Positions 1-10,954 of a stretch of 64,000 bases of DNA are shown here, piece by piece (positions within the stretch are counted from its first letter, which is position 1; every line of letters begins with the position of its first letter). This DNA comes from Octopus sinensis (lineage: Eukaryota): the NCBI RefSeq assembly GCF_006345805.1, contig NC_043010.1, forward strand, positions 67,332,001 to 67,396,000, given 5' to 3'. The translations under genes were made by a program, and so were the position numbers. The notes under the pieces were generated by a model. The model was not told the DNA's origin. It made no database searches and was given only the letters and a program-made list of their open reading frames with translations.

Positions 1-97
1 TAGCATGTACTCACGGCCAAATGCATGCTTGCATGAAATTTGTTTGCCACGGATGTGTAGGAAAACAGTGAAAACAATCACCGGTGTCGTGAATAGT

Positions 98-98
98 T

Positions 99-129
<31 letters not shown>

Positions 130-565
130 AATTATTGTATACAGTGCTCAGGTGCACCACAACTTGTCAGAAAGTGCATATAAAGTACATGCAGTAATGT
201 AGAAATGTCTGGAAAGTGAACATGCTTGTGTGTGTATGGAGGGGAGAAAATCAAGTGTAGTGTTGGCGAATCTCAGGAAGCATGGAAGTCTTGAAGGATG
301 CAGTGCTCCGACAACTAACAACCGATGCCGGCAGTTTGTTCCACGCTTCAGCAACTCTCAGCGTGAAAAAATGTTTCCTAAAGTCATGGGAGCTGTGCTG
401 TTTTCTTACTTTGTAAATATGTTCACGGGTGTTAGATGGGTGGAGTTTGAAGAGGTGCTCAGTGTTATTGTTTGTGCGATGGTTGATAATTTTATGGGTG
501 TCTGCCAGGTCAGCTGCCAGACGTCGGAGTTTCAATGTGTCCAGTTATTATATAATTCATGCAAA
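98..565 (-). mobile_element. 5'-truncated CR1/L2-like LINE 3' end (ORF2 C-terminus, 3' UTR, (ATT)n tail)
   Basis: ORF 251-535(-) has HFFTLRVAEAWNKLPASVVSCRSTASFK, the usual FFxxRVxxxWNxLP...FK end of CR1/L2-group ORF2; (AAT)n on + at 98-129 is the tail. 5' boundary approximate. Confidence 0.8.
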
Positions 566-566
566 G

Positions 567-616
567 TGACAGTTTCTGTGACAGATCAATAAATATCTGT
601 TTCTCATTTCAGAAAA
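567..616 (+). other. Splice acceptor region homologous to the ZNF-B acceptor (AG at 611-612)
   Basis: 567-616 aligns ungapped to 22551-22600 at 42/50 identity; both end TTTCAG|AAAA. Confidence 0.8.
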
Positions 617-2010
617 GTTCCACTGAAGATTCACACCTCCATACCCCTGACACAGCTACAGTCTCTCTTCAGAATGTCTTCCACACCAAGTTCCTCCAAA
701 AGCCAGCAACAACAACTCTTACATCAATCAGAAAATCATTACATTTACAGAGCCTAAGAAGCATCAACAAATTTCCACCTTTTACCTGTGTTTATTGCAA
801 TAAGAATATATTCGCTTCCATAAGTGTTTTGTCTTGCTGTTACTTCAAACTCTTCTTGCTAGAGTTTACCGCAGTCATTTCCTTTGAGTTGTGTATCCCC
901 TGATGATCTTCTTCCCCACTTTGTCCCCAGCAACACATCATCTCTTGTCATATCAGTGCATTCTATGGTTATTTAGTCACATTCACTTAATTACTACCCT
1001 CAGCTCTTGTTCTAACCTCTTCCAGTAGTTCATTTTTACTCCTCCAGCTTCCTCCGTCTTGAGATATTTGTTACAAGCTATCAACCACTTCTCACTCAAA
1101 GTTACCTTGGAATGGGGGTGAAACTCCTGTAACCCCACCAAAAATGTTGTAACCCCAATATACCCTCCACCAGAAATGTTAGGAATGATATATATTTTAT
1201 TGGTCATTGATGTATGTAAGTGATGCCAACTTGAAGAAGTTAGGTTTGACCTGTGATCCATGCTGACATAAATATAATTTCCTGCTGAACTGCCACAGAA
1301 ATAAAAGTAGAAAATTAAAAATAAACAACCAGATTAATCAAGAAGATAAAAACAACAAAAGACAATGCATTAAATTTCATTTTCAAATTATCAGTTATCA
1401 TCATTATCGTCATCAGCATCTCCATCATCAACAAAATCCTTACTTTTCATTGTCATCACAGACCTGTACTGTGATTTATATTAGTAAATCTTTCAAAACA
1501 CTCATTGCCAAACATCAAAACACTCACCCACTCAGTGAGAAGGTGGAGATAAAGAACAGGAAATCTTGATTGCTTAAACCAGTGTTGTTGTAGGTGACTG
1601 ATTGATAACAATCCTTAGATTCTCATACATATATATATATATATGTCAGCAGTATTTGAAAAATCAGGGTAGACCTTGGATATTACTTTCATGACCGTTG
1701 TTACGATGATGATTCAAATATTGGAGGAATAACATAAGTAAGCAGAACAGATTCAATACCTTCGCATTCCACTATTGTGGTGTGTTTCCAGACTATTCCA
1801 TTGTTTAAGAAACAAATTGTGGCATCATATCAAATAGATATAAAAAAAAAAGAAAGAAGATGGTTAAGACCAATCATAGTAATATTTGTTAAATCTTGCT
1901 CTCTAAAACACACTTCTAAAACTTGCCTGAGTGTAACACCTATTCAAAAATCACACACTTACAGTTTTTTTTTTTTTTTTTTTTGACATTTTAAAAATCA
2001 GGTTGTAAAA

Positions 2011-2931
2011 ATGTATTTTGTTGAGAAATATGTTGTTGAAAAACGATACAAATGTGAAGTGTGCAACAAGTGTTTTACAGGGAGTTCAGATCTGCGTATC
2101 CATACCAGGACACATACGGGGGAGAAACCCTACCAATGTGACCACTGCAAACAAGCTTTCACAACGTCTTGGAACTTAAAAACTCATATTCGGACACACA
2201 CTGGGGAACGCCCATTCAAGTGTGACCTTTGTGGTATTGGTTTCACAACTTCATCTTCACTAAAGATCCACACACGCATTCACACAGGTGTGAAGCCATT
2301 CACCTGTTCAATCTGTCAGAAAATGTTTTCTGATCGCTCTCATCTACAACGTCATTTACGAATCCACACATCGGAGAAACCTTTTCGTTGTGTCATCTGC
2401 GAAAAGAGTTTCTCCACCAGCACACACCTGAAACACCACATTTGGACTCATACAGATCAGAAACCGTTCATGTGTGACATGTGCGACAAATCCTTCCCAG
2501 ACAATTTCCAATTGAAGCGTCACATTCAGACTCATTCGAACGAGAGACCGTATCAGTGTTCTGTCTGTCTGAAATCCTTCTCCACCAGTACCAACCTCCG
2601 ACGTCACGAGTGGACGCACACCACCGAGAGGCCCTACATATGTGATATCTGTGGTAAATCTTTCTCCACTAACTGTAATTTGTTACGCCATACTAAAATA
2701 CACACTGACCACATTCTGTCGAACATTAACATGAGGCGAGCTACAGCTCCCCCTGGATTAGACGGCAACAAACTAGAAAAAGATAAAAGCGAGGTAAAAG
2801 AAGAGGAGAAAAAAGAAGAGTACCCCTTTGATTTTAAATCCACCTTTTCTGAACAGAGTACCTCATTCTCCCATGATATAGATACCCCAATGATTAAAGA
2901 CACCACTTTATTACAGATGTACTATTCATAG
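2011..2931 (+). CDS. C2H2 zinc-finger protein ZNF-A, 8 tandem fingers plus acidic C-terminal tail (306 aa from first ATG)
   Basis: Eight CxxC-x12-HxxxH units with TGEKP-type linkers; poly-T tract and CAG at 1999-2001 just upstream suggest an acceptor, so the true start may lie in an upstream exon. Confidence 0.93.
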   Translation: MYFVEKYVVEKRYKCEVCNKCFTGSSDLRIHTRTHTGEKPYQCDHCKQAFTTSWNLKTHIRTHTGERPFKCDLCGIGFTTSSSLKIHTRIHTGVKPFTCSICQKMFSDRSHLQRHLRIHTSEKPFRCVICEKSFSTSTHLKHHIWTHTDQKPFMCDMCDKSFPDNFQLKRHIQTHSNERPYQCSVCLKSFSTSTNLRRHEWTHTTERPYICDICGKSFSTNCNLLRHTKIHTDHILSNINMRRATAPPGLDGNKLEKDKSEVKEEEKKEEYPFDFKSTFSEQSTSFSHDIDTPMIKDTTLLQMYYS

Positions 2932-3189
2932 TCGACAGTCCCTACATACAGATTTTTGTTCCCTATCGTATCATGTTATTTAGTGAAACACTATCTGAGC
3001 CCTCCATCCTACCGTAATTGGTACAGACTGGAACATAGAATTAAACAAATTTCATAAAAGTCATAAATCTCTCTACACCAATGCATTTTTGTTATGTCTC
3101 TGTTATTATCGTGAAAATTCCTTGTTGTTCAACTTAACTTCCAGTGTTATACAACAGTGCTTTATACACATACACACACACACACACCT

Positions 3190-3575
3190 GTAATTATTGG
3201 GGCATTGGGATATGTAACAATCTGCCTAAATACCAATCTTGTGAAATTACGCTTCTCAGAACCAGAAAGGAGAAAGCTGATTCAAAGACTACAGATCCAA
3301 GCCATCTCTGAAGTTGTAAAATTCTGTGAGACTTCCCAGAAGTTTATCATATATGAGCTTGTCTAGATATGCTAGTATGTGCATGAAAAGAATATGCATA
3401 GAACAAAACATATAAATCTGCACGTATACATACATACAAACAAACAAAAACACCCTGTTGTTGATGTTGAAATTCCAGTGAAGGAGCCTCGGATCTAGGT
3501 TAGAAACTGACTCCTTTCTCTATTGGCAAGAAATCTTGAAATAAAACTGAATAATGACATACTCACATGCATACA
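3190..3575 (+). mobile_element. 3' end of a restriction-endonuclease-type (R2/R4/Dong-like) non-LTR retrotransposon
   Basis: Peptide PVIIGALGYV...LIQRLQIQAISEVVK matches the PIVIGALG...LQ C-terminal motif of REL-type LINEs; second copy at 47349-47645; followed by (CATA)n. Confidence 0.65.
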
Positions 3576-3988
3576 TACATACATACGTACGTACATGCAC
3601 ACACACACATACATACAGACATACATACATAAATACAGACAGACACACATACATACATACACACACACATACAGGTAGACATACATACATAAATACAGAC
3701 AGACACACATACAGGCATACATACAAACACATACATACACACACATACCCATACATACATACATATATCTGGAGTTCTGACAAAGCTACAAGGTGGTGAT
3801 ACACATGCACCTAACTATGAGTGCATTGTATCCTACAGCAGAAACAACTGTTAGCCAATGTAGTTCATTGCATAATTTCTTGCTCCCTTCTGATTTATAT
3901 GGTTGCTTGCTGCTATGCTTGTACTTAACTGATGCTTCTCTCTGAAGCATACATCATATATTTATCAAAGTATACAGTGCCATAGATG

Positions 3989-4157
3989 CATTACAGCTGA
4001 TCTTATCTGCCAGTTTTCCACTGGATATTAAGAGTGGTTATCTAACACATGTTTCCAGGAATGGAAAGAATGCCATCACTGAAGAGCATGTGTATTAGAT
4101 AACCACCCAGTTACCTAATATCTTATGTGAAACCAATTACTAAGATCAGCTGTAATG
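3989..4157. repeat. Imperfect ~170 bp palindrome (MITE-like or hairpin)
   Basis: CATTACAGCTGATCTTA (3989-4005) is the exact reverse complement of 4141-4157; inner GATATTA, GTGGTTATCTAA and CACATG blocks also pair. Confidence 0.7.
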
Positions 4158-4984
4158 GATTCTTAGAGTGTGGAGTGTGACAGTTTGTAATAGTTTAGAT
4201 CCTGGATAAGGTAGAAAAGGAGTCCATAGTGCCGATGAGACACAGACTGGTAAGTACGTCACTGGTGCCTTTGTGACTTTATTTTATTCTAGGTAGGGGT
4301 GTTGGTCCTACACAAACCCATTTTCATCTCAGGAATGAAGTTATCCATATTAGTCTGACCCCTATTGTTTGGCCTGTCCAGCATGGAAGGCTTTGCCAGG
4401 AGCATGAGCTCCGGTTGAATAGCTCTCAGGGCCATATACAAACCACCACACCACAATAATGTCTGAACCTTGTAGTAAAATGGTTCATTAAGCCAGAGTA
4501 ACCAAAAGTACAGTACTAACCCCTTGAATGGGATACCAGTCTATCACAAAATTTAACTCCCAGTTATCCTTGGTACTCATTTTCCAGCTTATTTTATCAG
4601 AGAACAGTAAATATGGAAGCAGTGGCATTCATACATTTCTCATTGGTATTTGTGGAGACAGAGAAGTGAACTGGCTACAACCGGGGTTGAAATTGTCTTG
4701 CTCAAACCGATAAAAAAGCTTCTACATAGCCACTTGGCCTGCTAGAAATATCAACTAAATCTACTTTAACCCTTCGGCTTTCAAATTACTCTATCAAGTG
4801 TAATGTTTAGTTATTCACCTTGTTTGGAATTAATCATACATTATCTGGTAGCTTTGGCATTAGGAAGGGCATCCAGTTGTAGAAACCCAAGATGCAACGC
4901 AGTGGAACTGAACCCTGAACCATGTGGTTGGGAAACGAACTTGTTACCACTCAGTCAAGCCTTCATCTATTAAATGTTCTTCTT

Positions 4985-5335
4985 TCTTTTATTCTTTTAC
5001 TTGTTTCTATCATTTGATTGTGGCCATGCTGGAGCACCACCTTAAAGGGTTTTAGTTGAAGAAACTGACCCCAGGACTTGTTCTTTGTAAGCCTAGTTCT
5101 TATTCTATTGGTGTCTTTTGCCAAACTGCTAAGTTACAGGGACGTAAACACACCAACATCAGTTGTCAAGCAATGCCACAGATGGGGGATAAACACACAC
5201 ACATAAATATATATGACAGGCTTCTTTCAGTTTCCGTCTACCAAATCCACTTACAAGGCTTTGGTTTACCCAGGGCTATATAGACACTTGCCCAAGGTCA
5301 GACTGAACCCGGAACCATGTGGTTGGGAAATTTTT
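4985..5335 (-). mobile_element. tRNA-headed SINE, family 2 (internal CA/TA microsatellite)
   Basis: Colinear with copies at 26765-27180 and 37140-37540. Confidence 0.8.
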
Positions 5336-5754
5336 TTTTAGGTATTTATATATTTTAGGAAACAAGCTCAGATCAACTCAGGTAAGTCGGGTTCTCGGGA
5401 TGAGGGTGTCTATTGTTAGGCACGAAACATCCAATAATCTCAGAATACAACACTGAAGAGGGGTCGCAGTATGGCATCTGTAGATTTATGTTAAACTTAA
5501 CAACATATAAAAATAATTAGACCAAAGGAAAATATTTTATTCTTTTATTTGTTTCAGTCATTTGACTGCGACCATGCTAGAACACTTCCATGAAGAGTTT
5601 TAGTTGAACGAATCAACCCCAGGACTTATTTTTTAAGCCTAGTACTTATTCTATCAGTCTCTTTTGCTGAACCACTAAGTTAAAGGGAAGTAAACACACC
5701 AACACCGGTTGTCAAGTGATGATGGGGGACAAACACAGAAAGACACAGACAGAT

Positions 5755-6080
5755 CATCATCATCATCGTTTTACGTCCGCTTTCCATGCTGGCATGGGTT
5801 GGACAGTTCAACTGGGGTCTGGGAAGCCAGGAGGCTGCACCAGGCCCAGTCTGATCTGGTAGAGTTTCTACAGCTGGATGCCCTTCCTAATGCCAACCAC
5901 TCCGTGAGTGTAGTGGGTGCTTTTTACGTGCCAGGCGAAGCTGGCATCGACCACGATTGGTTGGTGCTTTTTACGTGGCACCGGCATGGAGGCCAGTCGG
6001 GGCGGCGCTGGCAATGGCCACGTTCGGATGGTTCTTTTACGTGCCACCAGCACTGGTATCACAACTACAATTTCCATTGA
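5755..6080 (-). mobile_element. RTE-related 3' UTR fragment with (GAT)n tail and internal ~60 bp tandem units
   Basis: (CAT)n-CGTTTTACGTCCGCTTTCCATGC...GGATGCCCTTCCTAATGCCAACC plus TTTTACGTGCCAC modules; one of about 15 copies in the window. Confidence 0.75.
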
Positions 6081-6384
6081 TTTTTGAGCGAATTCGATTT
6101 TGATTTCAATATATATATATGTACAATGGGCTTCCTTCAGTTTCCACCTACCAAATCTACTCACAAAGCTTCTCGTCAGTCTGAGGCTATAGTAGAAGAC
6201 ACTTGCCCACCGATGCCATGCAATGGGACTGAACCTGGAACCATGTGGTTGGGAACAAGTTTCTTACCACACAGCCTCGCCTGCACCTACAAATATAAAT
6301 ATTTTTCACATTTTTAAAATATAATTTTATCATTTTCAAAGAACACTTAGCAACATCTTGCAACACCTGGTGTGTGAGCGAGCA

Positions 6385-7275
6385 TCTGTGTGTGTGTGTG
6401 TGTGTGTGGGTGGGTGGGTGTGTGTGTGAGGAATTGTCTACTTGGGGAAAAATGATCTAAGTATTTTAGTAATGTCTGAAGGCCTAACATTGTATTTATA
6501 GTGAATTGTATCCAAGTGGTTGATTTTGTAAATTGATAATGTGTGTGTGTGTGTGTGTGTGTGCGTGTTTGTGTGTGTGTGTTTGTGTGTGTGTATGTGT
6601 GTGTAGGAACTGGTGTAGTGTGACAGGAAGTTCTCAACAAACCAAGTCCATGACCCAGATACAATTCACACACAAACACACAAGTGTATGAGTGTGTGTG
6701 TGCATGCATACATATATATGTACATATGCATTTATGTATACATTTATTTGTGTGTATATGTGTTTGTGTGTGTATATATATATAGAGAGAGAGAGGGAGA
6801 GACAGACAGAGACAGAGAGATACATAAATATCTGTGTGTGTATGTGTATTCATACACTCACATATGTATATGTGTATTCATATGTATATGTGTATTCATA
6901 CACACACGGTGTGTGTGTGTCTATGCACAAATCTGTAATATATATCTATGTTGCTAATGCTCCAGGGAGCAGGGATGAATATTGCACATCCTAGAAAATA
7001 TCTAGGACATTAGATTATATTTTTCAGAGGAAGGAAGAATATGCATTGTGTGTGTGTCTGTGCCTGCCTTAGTGTATCTGTGTGTGTGTTTGTGGCTAAG
7101 CACCACCCCCACTCTCTCTCCCTCTCTGTTTGTGTCTATGTATGTGTGTGTCTATGTGCATGTGTGTGCATGTATGTGTGTGTCTATGTGTGTGGGTGTG
7201 TCTGTGTGTTTGTGTCTGTGTGTGTGTGTGTCTATGTGTGTGTGTGTGTGTCTGTGTGTGTGTGTCTATGTGTGT
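6385..7275. repeat. Compound (TG)n/(TA)n/(GA)n microsatellite region
   Basis: Direct inspection; source of HTHT/CVCV ORFs. Confidence 0.9.
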
Positions 7276-7959
7276 GGTAGGACTGCAAACCACATCTAAG
7301 ATTACATAAATTTCATTTTATATCCAAATTACTTGTGGCTTCTCCTGGCTGGATTACAAGCTCACAAATACACATGCACTCACGTATACTCACATGCATA
7401 AACACACATCTATTTGTGTGTGCGCATGTATACATATGTATATACATACACACACACCTTCCTTGTATCTTTTACATGTTTCAGTCTTTTGGGCTGCAGC
7501 CATGCTGGGGCACTAACTTCCATACATCATCTTGCGATGCTCTTAGATACACGAAAAGGAATGTTTCCTGAGGTCCTTATGTGTTTTAAGGTCTCTCAAC
7601 AATCATACTCCTCCACCCGGTTAGCACTACGCCTAGTAGCACTGCCCCCTTCATGGCTTACATCTCCTGAATCTGAGTCACCTTGAGGTAACCCCTGTTG
7701 CCGCCATGACCAACCTGATCACCTACTGCCTACTGGCCCCTTTGATGCTAAGCATAAACATTAAATATCTCATAAACACCTTCTCATGCTTCATCTGGTC
7801 ACTTTAGCTGAATGTCCTCCCTCAAATGCTTTAAAATGTTACTGTAGAACTCTCGATTGATGATCTGGCCCTGGGGGGTGAACTCTTGATGCACAATACT
7901 GCAGATGTCAAAGAAACATGATGAGTATCCTCTTGATTGAACTGTGGCTCTGTCGTGTA

Positions 7960-8263
7960 CCCATGCCACTCAAAACATTGTGTACGACCCATTGCCTTGT
8001 TGCTATAAGCTTGCTGAAGCATGTTCAATGTCTCTGTAGCATAATTACAGATTGGTTCTTTGTTCCAACTTCCTGTCCATGACAAAAATCACAGGTGATC
8101 GCAAAACCACAAATTTCATAGCTTGTGAAGTAAACACAGCAATATCACGGGGCACACTGCCTCGTGAAGGTCACTGCTAGTTCTCATTGCACACACAACT
8201 GTGTGCTGCCATCTGTTGGCGCACTACAGAAATAGTTTGGGAACGTTTTGATAACACCTCATA
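7960..8263 (-). mobile_element. Mariner 5' fragment (TIR plus decayed HTH N-terminus)
   Basis: Minus strand encodes MDRKLEQRTN..(frameshift)..ATETLNMLQQAYSNKAMGRTQCFEWH, a typical mariner N-terminus; TIR-like TA-TGAGGTGTTATCAAAACGTTCCC near 8263. Confidence 0.75.
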
Positions 8264-8439
8264 TGTGAAGGTGGCTGACTATTGTTCCCACTTTCTGCTC
8301 AGTAAACTTGTGCAGCAAGACCTCTAAGCCCTGTCTGCCAATTTCTTCGAGCAGTGGAATAATTCAAAGCTGACAAAGCAAGAGTGATCAACACACTACT
8401 TCTATTTGAAGGAAAATAATATATAATAATGATATATAA

Positions 8440-8810
8440 TATATATATATATTAGTTTATTTATTAGTTAGTTTATTCAAAGTAGTCGCCTTCAGAACCC
8501 ACACACTTAATCCAGTGTTGTTTCCACTGATGGAAGAATTCCTGGAACTCGTTTTCTGGGATGATCAGCAGCTACTTTGTTGCATTCATTTTGATTTCCT
8601 TGATATCCTGAAATCTTCTTCCTTTCAAGCCGGATTTGATTTTTGGATAAAGGAAAAAGTCGCAAGGGGCAAGTCTGGGGAATACGGTGAATGTCGGACC
8701 TGGGGAATGCTGTGCCTAGTCAAAAATTGCTGCATAAACTGTGCTGAATGGGCAGGTGTGTTGTCAGTTGAAAGCAGTTTTGGCACAAACTTGGCAAACA
8801 TGCATCTCAA
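8440..8810 (-). mobile_element. Internally deleted mariner 3' fragment
   Basis: AKFVPKLL (WVPHEL-type motif) is fused directly to DNTPAH...HSPYSPDL, implying loss of the intervening catalytic segment. Confidence 0.75.
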
Positions 8811-8879
8811 GGTGACTCAGATTCAGGGGATGCAAGCCATGAAAGGGGCAGTGCTAATTGGGTGGAAATGTATGTGAAG

Positions 8880-9225
8880 AAATTGGATTCTTCACAACAA
8901 CAATGCGTTCTATCGCAGAGCTCTCCTCACTTGTGAGTTTCTCACCAAAAGCAACATGGTGTCGTTTCCACATCTGCCCTACTCACCAGATTTAACATCT
9001 GTGAAATTTCATCTCTTCCCCATAATGAAAATGCAGCTCAAAGGTTGCCCTTTTGACACCATCGTCGAGATCCAAGATGAATCACAGAAGGTCCTCAACT
9101 CACTTATGGAAAACAACTTCCAGGCCAGATTCCTAAAGAGGCAGAAATGCTAGGACCTGTGTATTGCTGCACAAGGTGACCATTTCAAAGGAGAGTATGT
9201 TAAAATTTAGGTAAATAAATCATTT
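8880..9225 (+). mobile_element. Mariner 3' fragment, opposite orientation
   Basis: HLPYSPDLTSVKFHLFPIMKMQLKGCPF is the YSPDL mariner motif region. Confidence 0.8.
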
Positions 9226-9709
9226 TTTTTCTCCTTGATTGTTTTGGCGATGAAGTTTTCCAAGAGGATGTCCAAAGTGTTTTCATTGTGCAAGATTTTA
9301 TGTACATGCAATACAGCACAGCATGTCAGACAGTATTGTGTCAATGTGGTACAGGATCAGGTCTTCAAACAGCGATGTGTGCTGAACAGGCTCTCACTTG
9401 ATATAACAGACTCAAGCCTCCAATATGATGACAGCTCTTGATTGTAGGGTTTAACAGGTCATCATTTGTTCTCGTATTGAAGAGTGATTTCCAATGCTGA
9501 TTTTGTTGTTGTTGCTATTGTTTAGTTGTGATAAGGCTGGTAGAAGTGGAACACGATGACAATGAGGATAATGCATCACTTATTGTACTTCAGGGATATG
9601 AAGAAGTGGATAGCTGAACTATGAAGGGTTGTTGGTTGTGGAGTGTAATAGTTCATCAATTGTGCTAGTATTGAGGAGCGGCAATGGTTGTTGATGTTGT
9701 TATACTGTT

Positions 9710-10045
9710 GGTATATTATGCAGGGTGAAATGCTTAGTGGTATTTCGTCTGCCACTACGTTCTGAGTTGAAATTCCACTCAGGGTCAATTAAATAAGTAC
9801 CAGTTATGCACTGGGGTCGATATAATCTGTCCTTGTTTGACCCTTCTGTGTTTAGCCCCTTGTGGGTAGTAAAGAAATAGGTATTTCATCTGCCATTACA
9901 TTCTGAGTTCAAATTCTGCCAAGGTCAACTTTGCCTTTCATCCTTTCGGGGTCGATAAATTAAGTACTAGTTGTGCACTGGGATCGATTTAGTTGACTGG
10001 CCCCCTCCCCTAAATTTCAGGCCTTGTGCCTATAGTAGAAAGGGT
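9710..10045 (+). mobile_element. Two tandem tRNA-headed SINE family 1 copies
   Basis: Repeated GTATTTCGTCTGCC...GAGTT(C)AAATTC motif and CCTTTCATCCTTTCGGGGTCGATAAATTAAGTAC core. Confidence 0.75.
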
Positions 10046-10089
10046 TGGTATATTGTTGGCATATTGTTGGTATATTGTTGTTATATATT

Positions 10090-10930
10090 CACAGACACGA
10101 CAGAAGTAAATAGACACCCTTATAATCATTAAAATACATTCAAATCTGAAAATATACATTCAAATTATTTATTAATTATTGTAATGTAAATATCTAATAT
10201 TTGGTAGACATACGCTTTGCATTTTTTAATGCAAGGATCCTATTAAGCATGCTCCTGGTCAGATGACTAATATTCTCTTGAGGAATTTCTTACCAAGTTT
10301 CATGCAGTAATCTCAAAAGATCTGGCTTTGAGGATGCTTTCTTGTTCTTTTTACAAAGTGTCTTGTCCATTATGCCCCAGAAGTGTTCAATAGGGTTCAT
10401 ATCTTGTGACTGGCTTGGTTATGGAAGCTTTTTAATGCACTTCTCTTCCAACCAATCTTGGATCGTTTTAGCTGTGTGACAAGGAGCCCCATCTTCCATA
10501 AATAGTCTTCTTCTAGAGAAGATTAGAAGGAGTCCTTTTTGCAATATGAATGCATATTTATCTGAGTTTATGTTTGCCTCACACTCCACCAGCTCTGACT
10601 GACCATTGCTCCAAATTGCTCACCAGACCATCACAGAATAGCTGCCATGTTCTATTGTTGGCAGCAATCTTTTCATGTTCAAATTATTGATTACAGAGTC
10701 TCCAAACCCACACTTGACTATTGTCAGAAAATACAGCAAATCTGGATTCATCAGAGACAGTGTCCCAAAATGCAAGTGGCCTCTCCACCATCTCATTGGC
10801 CTAATGTTTTCTCTGCTTGATATTGACTGATTGAAGAAGTAGCTTCCTTCTTGCTGCTCTGCCATAGTAGCGAAGTTTGTGGAGATACCTGACAGCTGTT
10901 CTGGGACTGACATCAACTTGTTCTGCTATG
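10090..10930 (-). mobile_element. Decayed Tc1-family transposon, 3' half with TIR
   Basis: PTIEHGSYSVMVW (Tc1 PTVKHGGGSVMVW) and, downstream in another frame, EDGAPCHTA...MNPIEHFWG; TIR-like CAGAAGTAAATAGACACCC at ~10101-10119. Confidence 0.8.
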
Positions 10931-10954
10931 TCAGGCCTTGCAATGAAGGTTATA

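Noticed and set aside
2047-2703. 84-bp periodicity as a repeat array or CRISPR
   Set aside because: It is the 28-codon C2H2 finger repeat inside an open frame.
2356-2906. Antisense ORFs over ZNF-A (and 22593-22898, 23526-23750 over ZNF-B)
   Set aside because: Shadow ORFs expected opposite a coding sequence; no recognisable motifs.
3495-3810. ORFs rich in HT/CV/YI/MY dipeptides here and at 6.3-7.3, 41-42, 45, 47, 49, 53 and 59-62.9 kb
   Set aside because: Translations of dinucleotide and tetranucleotide microsatellites.
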